64,000 bases of DNA. Origin: Octopus vulgaris (Eukaryota). Shown here piece by piece: positions 1-12,049 of this stretch; position 1 is the stretch's first letter; each line of letters starts with the position of its first letter. The notes beneath the pieces were generated by a model, which searched no databases, was not told the origin of the DNA, and saw nothing but the letters and a program-made list of their open reading frames with translations. The stretch is taken from the NCBI GenBank assembly GCA_951406725.2, contig OX597826.1, positions 39,680,001 through 39,744,000 on the forward strand, in the 5' to 3' direction. The position numbers and the translations under genes are program-made.

Positions 1-595
1 CCTTGTGGCTATGGCGAAAGAATGTATCTGGTGGACGCGTCTGAAAGGATTGGAGACAAACACTTTCCTCTCTGGTCAATCTCTCATCAACTTCTTCAAG
101 TACCACTTGAAAAGGAAAGTGAGAGTAGAGAGGCAAGTTTTGTCTAGCGAATGTTTTAAAAAAAGATGGGTGAATGTAGCAAGAATGGCACGTATGAATG
201 ACGAAGCCACCTTGAGCATGATCCTATGAACCCAGAAATTGAAAACAGAGAGTTGCTTATTCGCAAAAAGAAAAAGAAAAAAACCCAGAAATATAACATG
301 TGACTCCATTGACCGAGGTTACCGTGGTCTTTTCCGTAGGCTTTTCTTTCCACGGGTAAACCTCACCTGTCCTCCCCTTTACACTTCATATTGACATTTC
401 TGTGATAACGATCCCTATTGATCAATTTTTTAATTAAAAAAAAATGTTTTTTTCCTCTCCCCCCCTTTTTTGTCCTCTTTCTCTCCTTTTACGATCCCTT
501 TTGATCGAAACTCCCCCTTCCTTTTTTTTTTTTTAAACCTTCAAAAGAAAAGCTCTACCTTGTAATTTGTTCTATCTGTGTGCAGCCCTGTGTGG

Positions 596-597
<2 letters not shown>
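1..597 (+). mobile_element. 3' end of a Tx1-clade (L1 superfamily) LINE: ORF2 C-terminus plus 3' UTR
   Basis: Frame to the stop at 229 reads LVAMAKECIWWTRLKG...FFKYHLKRKVRVERQVLSSECFKKRW, matching the AKxxIWxxR...FxxxW C-terminal pattern of Tx1 ORF2. A pyrimidine-rich UTR ends in the hairpin AGCC-CTGTGT-GGCT (584-597), abutting (TATC)n. Confidence 0.7.
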
Positions 598-652
<55 letters not shown>

Positions 653-786
653 ACCGGTTGTAAACCAATGGTGAGAGTACAAACACACACACACACGCAC
701 GCGCACACACACACACACACACACACGCGCACGCGCACACGCACACGCACACACACACGCACACACACACGCTCGCGCGCGCACAC
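597..786. repeat. (TATC)n and (CA/CG)n microsatellites
   Basis: Directly visible simple repeats; they explain ORFs 578..934 and 640..921. Confidence 0.95.
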
Positions 787-989
787 TAATGTACACAATA
801 TGTACGACAGTGTTCTTTCAGTTTCCGTGTACGAAATCCACTCACAAGGCTTTGGTGGGCCAGAGACTATAATGTATATATATAAGAAAGAAAAGTGGTG
901 GGGGTTGACGTGCAGGAGCACTTGTAAGCATTAACCGATTTGGCTGGTATTTCTAGCACGTCCTGTTACCACTGAACAGGTATTTGCGA

Positions 990-1548
990 ATAGCTGTTAC
1001 GTGGTAGCAGCGCGTGCTACACTAACACTTATGAGCGTGCGCGGTAAAATATCTGATTAAAAACAATCAAAAATTTGCGAACGTTATTGTCGGGCCCCTC
1101 GTATCATTAGTAATATCTGATACAAGTTACCGCCCCTTGTATTGTCCGGCATGTTCATTTATATTCGCGAGTGCTCGTTTTCGATGTTTTATTTTTTTTG
1201 TATAAAATATTTAAAAATTGATGAATCTTCGTAATTTTTTGCATATTCATTTTGGATATATTTGCAAGTTTCATAATTTTTTTTTAGAAATTAGGAGTCA
1301 TTTTCTTGGAGAGAAGCGCTGAAAATTGTACGCGTACCGTTGCATGGACGTGGTGGGTTCAAAACCTAGGCGAATTGAGAGTAGTCTATTTATGCTGGCG
1401 GCGATCAATTTCGAGAAAAAAATAAGAAGAAAACGCGTCCTAAGTCAAAGAGAGCACGCATGTCAAATTTGGTGAAATTCGATTGAAAATTGTAGTAGAA
1501 GTGGTTCACACAACACACAGACAGACAACTTGCCTTTTGATATATAAT
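990..1548 (-). mobile_element. Non-autonomous Helitron-like element
   Basis: Minus strand begins ATATATCAAAAGGCAAGTTGTCTGTCTGTG...AATCGAATTTCACCAAATTTG. It ends with hairpin GTAGCA-N5-TGCTAC (1004-1020) about 12 nt before a CAGCTA(T) terminus resembling CTAG. Confidence 0.45.
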
Positions 1549-2522
1549 ATTATACAAATAAAGATTACACTAATTTTAGAAGAAAAAAACAAAGCAAAAC
1601 TCTCGAAACAGAATATATTATTAGTTAGCACTGATAATATATTGCAAAAATACTTGAATTAAAGAAATGTCTAATAAACAAGATGCAGCATGAAGTTTTG
1701 TCAGTGAACAGGTTGTGGTCTCAAAGCGACGAAAATATTTCGACAAATTAAATTTAAATGTTGAAGTGAATCTAACGGTTTTGTGTGTTTCTTAAATGGC
1801 TTATAAACACCTTCCACGCTGCAATTGTTTTCGTTCCAGCACACGATCTCAGATCAAGTCACTCGCTGTGCAAATACATCTCCATAAACCTAATAAACTG
1901 TTGTAGTGGAAGAGGTACGACCCTCCCATGGGACAAGTGGTATTAGATTGCAACAATAGAACACCATACTACTAAACTATGACTACGCAATGGAATATTT
2001 ACCTTTGCAAAAGTTAGGACATGCTGACGGCCTGTCCAGGTAAATACCCCAAAATGGCGAACCATTCGAGGATACAGTAATAGCAGCTTTAAGAACCGAA
2101 GGTGAAATTAAGAACATAATGTGGAACATTGTACGAGAGTTACTGATAACCCTGGAATATATAAAGCGGAATGCGTCAAATGATAAGTTCATAAATAAAA
2201 AAAGAACACTATGGTCAACAGAAGAACACAAAAAAACGGTTCCGTACCAAAAAACACTAAGACATATATTCAACATGTGACGGCCTACTGATATATGTCC
2301 AAAGAGTAGCGATACTGGAGACACTACAAAAACGAATGTTGGAAGAATTCCACATTGAACATCTGGGGATCTCAAGGATGAAAGCGTTAATGTGCCGTTA
2401 TGCATATTGACTGAAGATGGACAAGGAAATTGAAAACTTGGTAAAAGTCTGGAGAGGATGTGATCTGGCAACGAAATTGCCTACTAAAAAACGGGAGCCT
2501 TGGTCAGAAGTCAAAATCCCAT

Positions 2523-2908
2523 ACTCTTTACTCTTTTACTTGTATCAGTCATTTTACTGCGACCATGCTGGAGCACCACCTTTAGTCGAACAAATCGACC
2601 CCAGGACTTATTCTTTGTAAGCCTAGTACTTATTCTATCGGTCTCTTTTGCCGAACCGCTAAGTTACTGGGACGTAAACACACCACTATCGGTTGTCAAG
2701 CGAAGTTGGAGGGACAAATACAGACACACAAATACATGCACATATATATATATACATATATATACATATATACGACGGGCTTCTTTCAGTTTCCGTCTAC
2801 CAAATCCATTCACAAGGCTATAGTAGAAGATACTTGCCCAAGGTGCTATGCAGTGGAACTGAACCCGGAACCATGTGGTTAGTAAGCAAGCTACTTACCA
2901 TACAGTCA
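2523..2908 (-). mobile_element. SINE family A, inserted in the Gypsy integrase
   Basis: Reverse complement of the 19767-20165 copy. It splits the integrase between ...EVKIP and WSRLHINF. Confidence 0.9.
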
Positions 2909-3772
2909 CTGGTCAAGATTACACATCAATTTCGTGAGTCTGTTAAATGGTATTACTTAGTAGTATCTGATAGTTTTACAAAATGGTCTGAAACGGTTAA
3001 AGGCAAAAGACCAACCTTCTCAACTCTAATAAAATGTTTTCACGAATTATTCGCAAGATTTTGCATCCAAGACGTGATTGTGTCTGGTAATGGAACACGA
3101 TTTGTGTCCAGTGAGTTTAGAAAATTCTGTGAAGTGTTCACGGTAGAACATATAACAATAGCGCCTTACCCTTCCAGATCATATGGAGAGGAGGAAGCTT
3201 TTGTTGGTAACTTTAAAAGAGGTTCAAGAAAAGCAAACAAGGAAGTCACAGACGAATTCGCTTTTCAACAATTTTTAAGAGTGTACAGGGTGACACCGAA
3301 CCCGAATACACAAGCAGAACAGATGTTCGCGAAGAAGGTGAAATTAGCTTTTGATAAATTGCTACCTGGCAAGGAAGGAAACAGTGCCAAGAAGGATATA
3401 TCAACATTTTTCAAAATTGGTGTACATGAGGTCGTATAAAAACAGAAAACAGTACTGGGAATAAGGCGAAATTGCAAAGTACAAAAGGAAAAATGATATA
3501 TGAGATGAAAAGCAATAAAGGTATTGAAAAATGACACAGAAACCAGTTAAAGAAGAGATTCATAGAAAATTAACCAAACAGGTTGGGAGTAACTATAGAA
3601 TGGATGTATGCCACATTCCAGGTACCAACGCCGTTACAGATGGTTGAACCCACGCGTACAAGTGGAAGAAAAAGGAAGAACACAGCGTTCCAAAAAATAG
3701 ACGCCAAAACGAAAAAATATTAAGTTGTACAAAAAAATAATCAAGGGAAAAAGAAAAAGCTAAAAGGGGAGA

Positions 3773-4065
3773 TGTTGTAGTGGAAATGGTACACCCCTCC
3801 CACAGGACAAGTGGTATGAATCAGCCACTATAAAGTGAGTGGACGTCAACTGGTACAGGGAGTCGTATGTCAGTCGTTGTAGAGTCGTTGCACGAGATCT
3901 CAGTTGGGAGTTTTAAGAGTCAATTACGTGTTATGGTAAAGTTCGAGTCACAGTCAAGGTAGACGATTCAAATTCACCGATAGCACGATAGACCATTCTG
4001 ATATAGAAAAGATACATTGTATCCGATGCGAAGACAATATCGTGGCTACTAAAGTAGATACAACA
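3773..4065 (+). repeat. 3' LTR of the Gypsy element
   Basis: Starts TGTTGTA directly after the polypurine tract and ends TACAACA (7-bp terminal inverted repeat, TG...CA). Confidence 0.8.
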
Positions 4066-4069
4066 GTTA

Positions 4070-4250
4070 TTCGCTGGACGAAATGTTTCACACTATTTCG
4101 CCTGTCGCTACGTTCTGAGTTCAAATTCTGTCGAGGTCGACTTTGTCTTTCATCTTTTCGGGGTCGATAAAATAAGTGAACACTGGAGTCGATGTAATCG
4201 ACTCATCCCCACTTTCCCCAAGCTACCCTTGTGGCAAAAATTTGAAATAA
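4070..4250 (+). mobile_element. SINE family D (degenerate)
   Basis: Core CGTTCTGAGTTCAAATTC...GAGGTCGACTTTGTCTTTCATC...GGGGTCGATAAA is shared with 43969-44366. Confidence 0.75.
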
Positions 4251-4455
4251 TTATAACCGTGAAAACACCATCGTCATAACATAAACAATAAGCCCCACTG
4301 ATATGTAAACTCGGAAACAAACTACGATTGACGAAAATGTGATTTCTAAGTACGATAGATGGCATGAATCTTTACACTTCACATTGGCTAAATAAGTTAC
4401 AGTACTGCGGCCACATCATGCACTGACAAGGTGCAGTAACACGTACCACAGAAAA

Positions 4456-4838
4456 GTGGAGGCGCAATGGCCCAGTGGTTAGGGCAGCGGACTCGCGGTC
4501 ATAGTATCGCGGTTTCGATTCCCAGACCGGGCGTTGTGAGTGTTTATTGAGCGAAAACACCTAAAGCTCCACGAGGCTCCGGCAGGGAATGGTGGTGATC
4601 CCTGCTGTACTCTTTCACCACAACTTTCTCTCACTCTTACTTCCTGTTTCTGTTGTACCTGTATTTCAAAGGGCAGGCCTTGTCACTCTCTGTGTCACGC
4701 TGAATATCCCCGAGAACTACGTTAAGGGTACACGTGTCTGTGGAGTGCTCAGCCACTTACACGTTAATTTCACGAGCAGGCTGTTCCGTTGATCGGATCA
4801 ACCGGAACCCTCGTCGTCGTAACCGACGGAGTGCTTCC
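4456..4838 (+). mobile_element. tRNA-derived SINE family B (head 1 + tail 1)
   Basis: Pol III A-box TGGCCCAGTGG and B-box-like GGTTTCGATTCC. 11-bp TSD ACCACAGAAAA (4445-4455, 4839-4849). Near-identical copy at 46876-47270. Confidence 0.92.
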
Positions 4839-5424
4839 ACCACAGAAAATACTACTGTGTTTGGGGAGCATTAGTTTTTCATAAAAATATTGCTTCATAT
4901 TTAATTACTGAATGCTCGTATGTAGCATCCTAAACAATCCTCCTTAATATGACATTCCTCTTAATAATACAAGAAATTCTTAAGCAAATGTCTATATTTG
5001 TAATTGTATTAATATATATTTATGAGTGTATAAAGAAATGCTTATGAAACACTTTCTCATTCTCTCACTCTCTCTTATTTCATTTCCGTCAACATCACCC
5101 ATTTTTTACATACACATACACGCACAAACATGTACTACGGATTTATCACGTGCAGGAAAACAAACCCTGATAATTAAGACGGTGTATATATACTGTCATA
5201 TGTGAGACGCGTGACCATGTTTTTATAAAGTATATTGATGATTCATTTATTTTATCTATTCCGCATTCCCAATGTTTACGTATTTTAATTGCATATATAA
5301 TTCGCAGATATGCTTCAATATATGTGAAGGATGTTTAATCGCATGGTAACAAATGCACTGGCACACACACACATATATATGTACTTGCATGCTTTTCTTC
5401 TTAATAATGCAATTAGAAATAGGT

Positions 5425-5744
5425 GTGTGCGCGCGCGCGTGCACTTGCTTGTGTGTGTGTGTGTGTGTGTGTGTGTTCGTGCGTGTTGTGTGTAAATATG
5501 TGTGTGCTTCTCTGTTGTGTGTGAGAAGAAATTATCTTCGTTGAATTTGTTTGAGTTAGAAAGGGCTATTTTCAAATGTAGGTACGTAAGTTTTTTGTAG
5601 TACTTAATGCAAGATAGGAACTACGTTATTAATATTAAGTATACACAGGTGTATGTATGTATGTATGTATGTACACACATACGCACACACACACACCACA
5701 TACATGTGTGTTTGAGTGTTTATATGTGAACATATTAACGTATA

Positions 5745-5787
<43 letters not shown>

Positions 5788-5807
5788 AATTGTATAGATA
5801 GATGGAA

Positions 5808-5888
<81 letters not shown>

Positions 5889-5900
5889 TGTATGTATGTA
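5425..5900. repeat. Microsatellite cluster (GT)n, (TATG)n, (TA)n, (GATA)n
   Basis: Directly visible. Confidence 0.95.
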
Positions 5901-5915
5901 TATTTGTGAATATGT

Positions 5916-6680
5916 ATATTTGAGAATATAAAATTCCGTTCGGGTTTTTAAACGAAAATAAGGCACAAGATTTACACACACAGCGAGTTATTCAATTAAT
6001 GACATAATTACCATTTTATTCCGTTATCTTCTGCCGTCTTATGGACAGATCCATTATTCCCTGCATAAAGAAATTCTTGTCATTACTGGCGAAGAATTTT
6101 TACATCCTCTTCAGTTCTGAAGATCTGTCCATTCAATGAATTCTGTAGAAGTCGAAATCTGAAGGTTCAAAGTCGGGCAAATATGGAGGATATGGGTGCA
6201 TCGAGCGTGCTGACGAAATTTAGCCTATGTAGATGATTTTCTACATACGGTTAGGTTATTTTGTGAATAGCTGTAATCATACTGCTCGCATAACTAGTGC
6301 TGATATTGCTGTTCGTCTCATTTGACAGGCCAGTGTGAGGTGCATCATGAACTGAAATAATTCTCGATCGAAATCTCGAAAGCCGCTTCTGGCACACACG
6401 TTTCTGTAACAACATGACTATACACAGCACACACCTTCCTGCAGGTTTCCACATTTTCCTGCATGAGGTGTTGAAAATGTTTGTTTTCCGTCACCATTTC
6501 CAGGATGATCTCAAGCACACAAAATTTAATGTTACATTGAAATTTTGTTTAGAATTACATTGAAGTGTCAAGTATTTAAAGAGTGCGCATGCACGAAGGA
6601 GACGTAAGCTAGCTACATATTAGAGTGTTTAATGGATTGTGTCGATAAAAACCGAACGGACTTTTGGCAGACACAGTATA
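5916..6680 (-). mobile_element. Internally deleted mariner transposon
   Basis: Minus-strand fragments VCQKRLSRFRS...DAPHTG (HTH region), PYPPYLPDFEPSDF (degenerate YSPDLAPSD) and FMQGIMDLSIRRQK. Degenerate TIRs TCCGTTCGGGTTTTT / AAAAACCGAACGGA. Confidence 0.75.
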
Positions 6681-7155
6681 TCAATATATATGTATTTGTG
6701 TGTGTATGTACAGAGAGAGAGAGAGAGAGAGAGAGAAGGGGGGGAGGGAGAGAGATAACATGAACAAGTCATTTGTTACATATATTTCTGTGTTCGATAA
6801 TTCATCGTGTCATACCATAGAAACGGTTTTTGAATGCGAATTACAGAAAGCATTTAAGTGTAGAGACCGCGACCTCAAATCCTATACAGTTACGCAGCAG
6901 AAGAAGTTTAATATACTGAGAGCCACAACCATGAGGACGATTTTGTCACGAACTTAGCGCATCCAATTATTGGAGAGTGGCCAAGCATGGACACAGCATT
7001 GAATCGATCCTAGTATCTATTTTCAAGTCTGGTAGATATTCTATAGGTCTGTTTTCATGAACAGCTATGCTACAGGAATAAGACACCTACCAACACACTC
7101 TCTCTCTCTGCCGCACGTACACACGCACACAAACACACATACATACATAATTCAT

Positions 7156-7189
<34 letters not shown>

Positions 7190-7802
7190 TTTTACATGAA
7201 TATATATATATATATTATACATACGCACATACATTCACACGCACGTGTTTATACACATGCACACACATACACACACACGCACACAATTATACATATATGT
7301 ACACGCACATACGCACATACAATCACACACGCACGCATACATAAAGTAAAGTACAGTTACTCCCCCACAGACAACCCCTACTCATACACACATACACACA
7401 CGAACACACACATACATACATACATACATACATACATACATACATACATACATACACACATACACAAACACTGCAAACAAAACACACACACACTACATAT
7501 ACATACACGCAGACAAACATACTTCAAACTACCAGTACTTTTTACTGACCATTCTCCTACGCACATGTGTAGGTAGACATACAACAGGCAGCCACTCCTA
7601 CCAAAATTCTTACTATAAATTCTTCCTATGACCTTAAACGACACTAAGCCCAACAACACACATAGATAAACAGCCACAACCACACACACACACAGACCTG
7701 CACACATGCACATACCCCCACACACACACATACCTCCTCTTGCACTCTCTTGTCTTTGAAAGAACTTTTTCTTCACCCGTTCCCTTCCGGTCATTTCAAT
7801 AT

Positions 7803-8009
7803 GTGACCGCGCGTGTATTGTTGGCGATTTTCTTTCTCCGTCTTCCTTTCCTTGAATCTTTCCTATTTCTATGTTTCTGACGAAGAGCTCCGCTCGAAAC
7901 GTTGAATCCTCCTTCTTTCTTTCCTTTCCTGAGCGTCCAGTAACACTATACTTGTTCCACGACCTCGCGTTGTTGTGTTTTCTCTTTGTTCATGTTTGGA
8001 TTAACTATG

Positions 8010-8010
<1 letters not shown>
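7803..8010 (+). mobile_element. Short Penelope pLTR-like element carrying a minimal hammerhead
   Basis: About 200-bp unit repeated in reverse at 36410-36612; its 3' end runs into (TA)n/(CA)n. Confidence 0.7.
7873..7907 (+). ncRNA. Minimal type I hammerhead ribozyme motif
   Basis: GTTT-CTGACGA-A-GAGC(TCC)GCTC-GAAA-CG-TT-GAAT: catalytic boxes, 4-bp stem II and palindromic ACGT stem III. Confidence 0.6.
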
Positions 8011-8087
<77 letters not shown>

Positions 8088-8099
8088 AATGTGTGTGTG

Positions 8100-8860
8100 T
8101 ACTTATAAATTGAGGATATAATCACTAAAGTGATTATATCAGTGGCTAGCATATAAAAAAAACACCATTTCGGTAAAATTAATTTTTAAGTAAATAATTA
8201 TAAAAACATAAATATACTTGAGGGCGTTGGAGTGCCAACGCCTATACGCTAAAAGTAGATGTCAAATGTCTACATGCCACTCTAAATTCTAGCGTATAGG
8301 CGTTGGCACTCCAACGCCTATAATTATAATTATATTTTTATAATTATATGCTTTAAAAATAGAATTACCGATATGGTCGTTTTTTTTTATATGCTAGCCT
8401 CTGATATAATCATTGTAATGATTATATCTTCAATTCATAAGTATATATAATTTTGAGTGCTCGAGTCATTATATTTTGCTGCGGTACTGTATTCACCCCG
8501 GCATAATTTCTGACATTAACCACATGGCTATGATGGGGATTAGATATAATGTATACGCGGAAAATGCATCTATATATTGGTGTCTGTATGCAGAAATGTA
8601 TTGGTATGCATATGTATTTCTCTCTTGGGTGTATCTCTACTGAATAGAGTGGAGTAATTTTTATTACAGAACACGAAATTTTAAGCTATAGGGTAATCCA
8701 AAATTTTTGTAAGTCTTTTTACCCATTACCTCTCATTTGACCTTTTGTTGTAATAAAATAGAGGACAAATTTAGAGTGGCTTGTAGGCATTTGACTCTAC
8801 TTCTAGCGTATGGGTGTTGGCACTCCAGCACCTTTAATTATAATCATATTTTTTATAATT
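8100..8860. repeat. Inverted plus tandem duplicated repeat (Penelope-like architecture)
   Basis: 8100-8250 is an inverted copy of 8290-8443. 8767-8860 repeats the same end in direct orientation relative to 8290-8345. Confidence 0.75.
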
Positions 8861-8879
8861 ACCTAGTTAAAAAGGTATG

Positions 8880-9070
8880 CGCACACACACAGACACACAG
8901 ACACAGACACAGACACACAACTATACGACGGGTTTCCACAATTTCCGTCTTCTAACTTCACGCATAACATATTGGTCGGTCCCAGGCTATAGCAGAAGTA
9001 ATTTTCTTTCAGTACAGCGCATGGGGACTGAACCGGCAACCACGCGGCTGCAAACCAAGTTTTAACACAC
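8880..9070 (-). mobile_element. SINE family A, degenerate 5' half
   Basis: ATACGACGGGTTTC...TTTCCGTC...GGACTGAACCGGCAACCAC aligns to family A. Confidence 0.65.
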
Positions 9071-9127
9071 TTACACACACATAGTTACAGATATGCATAT
9101 GTCTGTATACATTTACATATCTCTTTG

Positions 9128-9214
<87 letters not shown>

Positions 9215-9419
9215 GCATATATACATTGTTGTATGTATGTCATTATTCAGTTATTTCAAGATTTCTTTCTTGCCAATAGAGAAAGAACCGGTTTGTAACC
9301 TAGACCCAAGGCTCCTTCATTGGAATTTTAACATCAACGACAGGGTATTTTTGTTTGTTTGTTTGTTTGTTTGTTTGTTTGTTTGTTTGTTTGTATGTAT
9401 GTATGTATGTATGTATGTA

Positions 9420-10685
9420 TATATGTGCAGATTTGTATGTTTTATATATGTATTCTCATACCTATAGTCGCATATCTAGACATGCTCATATATATTTACA
9501 TGATAAATTTCTGGAAAGTTTTACAGATTTTTAAAGTTACAGTGATGGATTGGATCTGTAGTCTTCGAATTAGCTTTCTCCTTTCTGATTGGTATTTAGG
9601 CAGTGTATTACATATCCCATAGCCTCAATAATTACAGGTATAAACCTGAACTTGTCATCTGAATAGAGTAACTGCAGATTTCTCAATTCTTCAGCATAGG
9701 TGTTCTCATTTTCATTGATCTTCAGCTTTATGTTAATAACCGCTGGGTAACTAATTTCCACAGTTGTACACAATTTCTCTTCTCTATCGCAAGTCATTAT
9801 ATTAGGTCTGTTGCGCTTAAATTTTATTGAGTCTTCACTGGTATATTCCACCAGTATTCCTTTTTATTATAAGTGGCTATGGCTTCTACCATATTGGAGG
9901 TTCTTTTTTCTTTGTCCTAAGGATTATCCTTCCGACGGATTATCCTAGCTACAACGTCGTGTCTCATCAGTAGAAAATACCGTCTTGACATTTTCGGACA
10001 ACTGCTTATGATGTGGGAGATATCTTCAGTGTGAACTCCACAAAGTCTGCACCGGTTGTCACATTTTATGACTTTATCTGCATCTCTATCCCTTTTGTGA
10101 TCATTCACGTTTTCCGTTTTCTTAATAAAGGCACAGTTACTAACCTTCTTTCTATGTTCTACAAATGTTGCTTGTCGGTGTAGTTGCTTCGTAGTAAAAT
10201 GATTTAATTCTGGATGCAGATCGTCCCAATATGATTTCAATCATTTCATGTAGCAAACAATGGGGTTTTGTTTCGCTTTTTCGTAGCAGTTAAATAGATC
10301 GTTATTCAATTCATCACTCCAAGAGAAATGAGTTTTCTAATTACGGTTTCTTCTATAACTACAGCTAGAAAGAATTTGTTTACCTGCTGAGCTGTTGCTT
10401 TTGTTCTGTTCCTCGACTTTCTGCAAGTTTAATTCCAGTTTCAGTCGAAAATCACTACGATCGTGAATAAATGGCTCCCTCAGTTAATTTACCTGAAGAG
10501 TATCCAGTTATTTAACAAGGCTGATAGTTGTGGCTCCAAAGTTGAAGATTCATTCATATTCTACCAATTCAGGGATGATACATCTTGTCGCGAACGAATT
10601 AGCAAAGAGACTCTCTTTATTACAAAATACAGATCCCTTTTGAACGCGTCTACAACAAATGACATATCCACCACGACCTTAGAAT
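9420..10685 (-). mobile_element. R4/Dong-clade (RLE) LINE with the RT deleted
   Basis: N-terminal domain FSWSDELNNDLFNCYEKAK...YWDDLHPE is joined to CCHC CRLCGVHTEDISHIISSC...RHDVVA and RLE NRPNI..DREEKLCTTVEISYP...FIPVIIEAMG. The 3' UTR ends in (TACA)n. The 5' boundary is approximate. Confidence 0.85.
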
Positions 10686-11064
10686 AACACAAACACACAC
10701 GCAAATATAAAAAAATGATACACTCAAGAGATTCCCAAGAATTCTTTAAAAAACAATCCCAATCACTGCTATAATCCATAACGAGCCACTACGACCATTT
10801 AGCACCTTACTTCTATCATACCACCTACATTCCTTCTTATTCTCCTTTCTTTTTCCTCTTCTTTTTCTTCTTCGTCTTCTTCCACTTCGCCACCTCCTTC
10901 ATAACTTTACCAATATTGCTGTTTAGAATACCACCTATACAAATTTTATACACAATGCATTCAAAAGAGATGTCTCATGAATTCAATCACTACTACCAAC
11001 CACAACGGGTCACATTCAGGGCATTTGAGTATTTAATATACTGCTATCATGGCATTCCCACATT

Positions 11065-11094
<30 letters not shown>

Positions 11095-11095
<1 letters not shown>

Positions 11096-11335
11096 GTTCT
11101 TCCCTACCAACAATTCTCAATGACCTCGAACCCACAAGAGTAAACAAGAGAAATAGAAATAGGCAGAAACAAGGAAAATTTGTATTTGAACACTATCTAT
11201 GCAAATATTCTTTTTAAAAAACTTTTCCTTTCAATTTTTCCAAAATTTAATTGTTTTCCATACTTATAGTTGAAAAAGTCTCAGTAACTGAAACCGGTAC
11301 TGAAATATTATTTATAAAAATATTTTAGCATTTTC
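11095..11335 (+). mobile_element. Penelope-like 3' end with a decayed hammerhead
   Basis: IEIGRNKENLYLN resembles a GIY-YIG C-terminus. TTGAAAAAG...GAAACCGGTACTG keeps GAAA, palindromic ACCGGT and the GUA triplet. Confidence 0.45.
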
Positions 11336-12049
11336 TACCTTGATATTTTTCCACATATATCAACTCGTGTGTTCCTTTTTAACTTTCTACATATACATAT
11401 ATACATACGTACATACATACATATATATATATATATGTGTGTGTGTGTTTTTGTGTGTGTATGTATGTCTGCTTGTACAGATCCACGAATGTACGTATGA
11501 ACATACATTTGTATATACTCATATTTATGCATATACACAACTACGCATGCACATGTGATTGTAACTTTTTTATCTCATTACGAAAGAAATTTATATATAT
11601 ATAAATATATGTGTGTGTATATGAGTGTATATGTGCACGCACATACGGACACACAGCCGTGTGTGCGTGCGCATATTAACATGAGTACGGGATTCTTTAC
11701 ATACGTTCTTATACACATCCTTTAATATCTTATACCTAGACCTAGAGGCGTGGGCATATACGTGTGTGTACGTAGTGAGGGGCGCGCGTATATACATGTG
11801 AGCGTGTACGCGCGTAATGTCCGTCTATATATGCGGATATTCTGTTGTATGTATGTGTGTGTGCGCGCGTGCGTGTGGGTGCGTGTGTGTTTATGTACGT
11901 GTTTACACGCGAGTGCGTGTGTATGCTTATAGGCTTGGAGACGTATATGTACGCGTGTATGTGGGTGTATGTATCCATGATGATATGTATGTACTGGAAG
12001 TCCATTTAATTCAAGGAACCAGATTAAATTCTCATCAGCTCTGATTTAC

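Larger units (their letters stand above)
1899..4065 (+). mobile_element. Degenerate, internally deleted Ty3/Gypsy LTR retrotransposon
   Basis: 5' LTR stub 1899-1943 (39/45 identical to 3773-3817). RNase H end LLNYDYAMEYLPLQKLGHADGLSR; integrase Zn finger FHIEHLGISRMKALM...MDKEIENLVK; core DSFTKWSE...IVSGNGTRFVSSEFRKFC; polypurine tract AAAAGGGGAGA. Contains stops and frameshifts. Confidence 0.9.

Noticed and set aside
4456-4530. tRNA-like sequences (also 22741, 40604, 47200-47270)
   Set aside because: These are SINE heads continuous with repeat bodies, mostly with TSDs, and no complete cloverleaf was seen.
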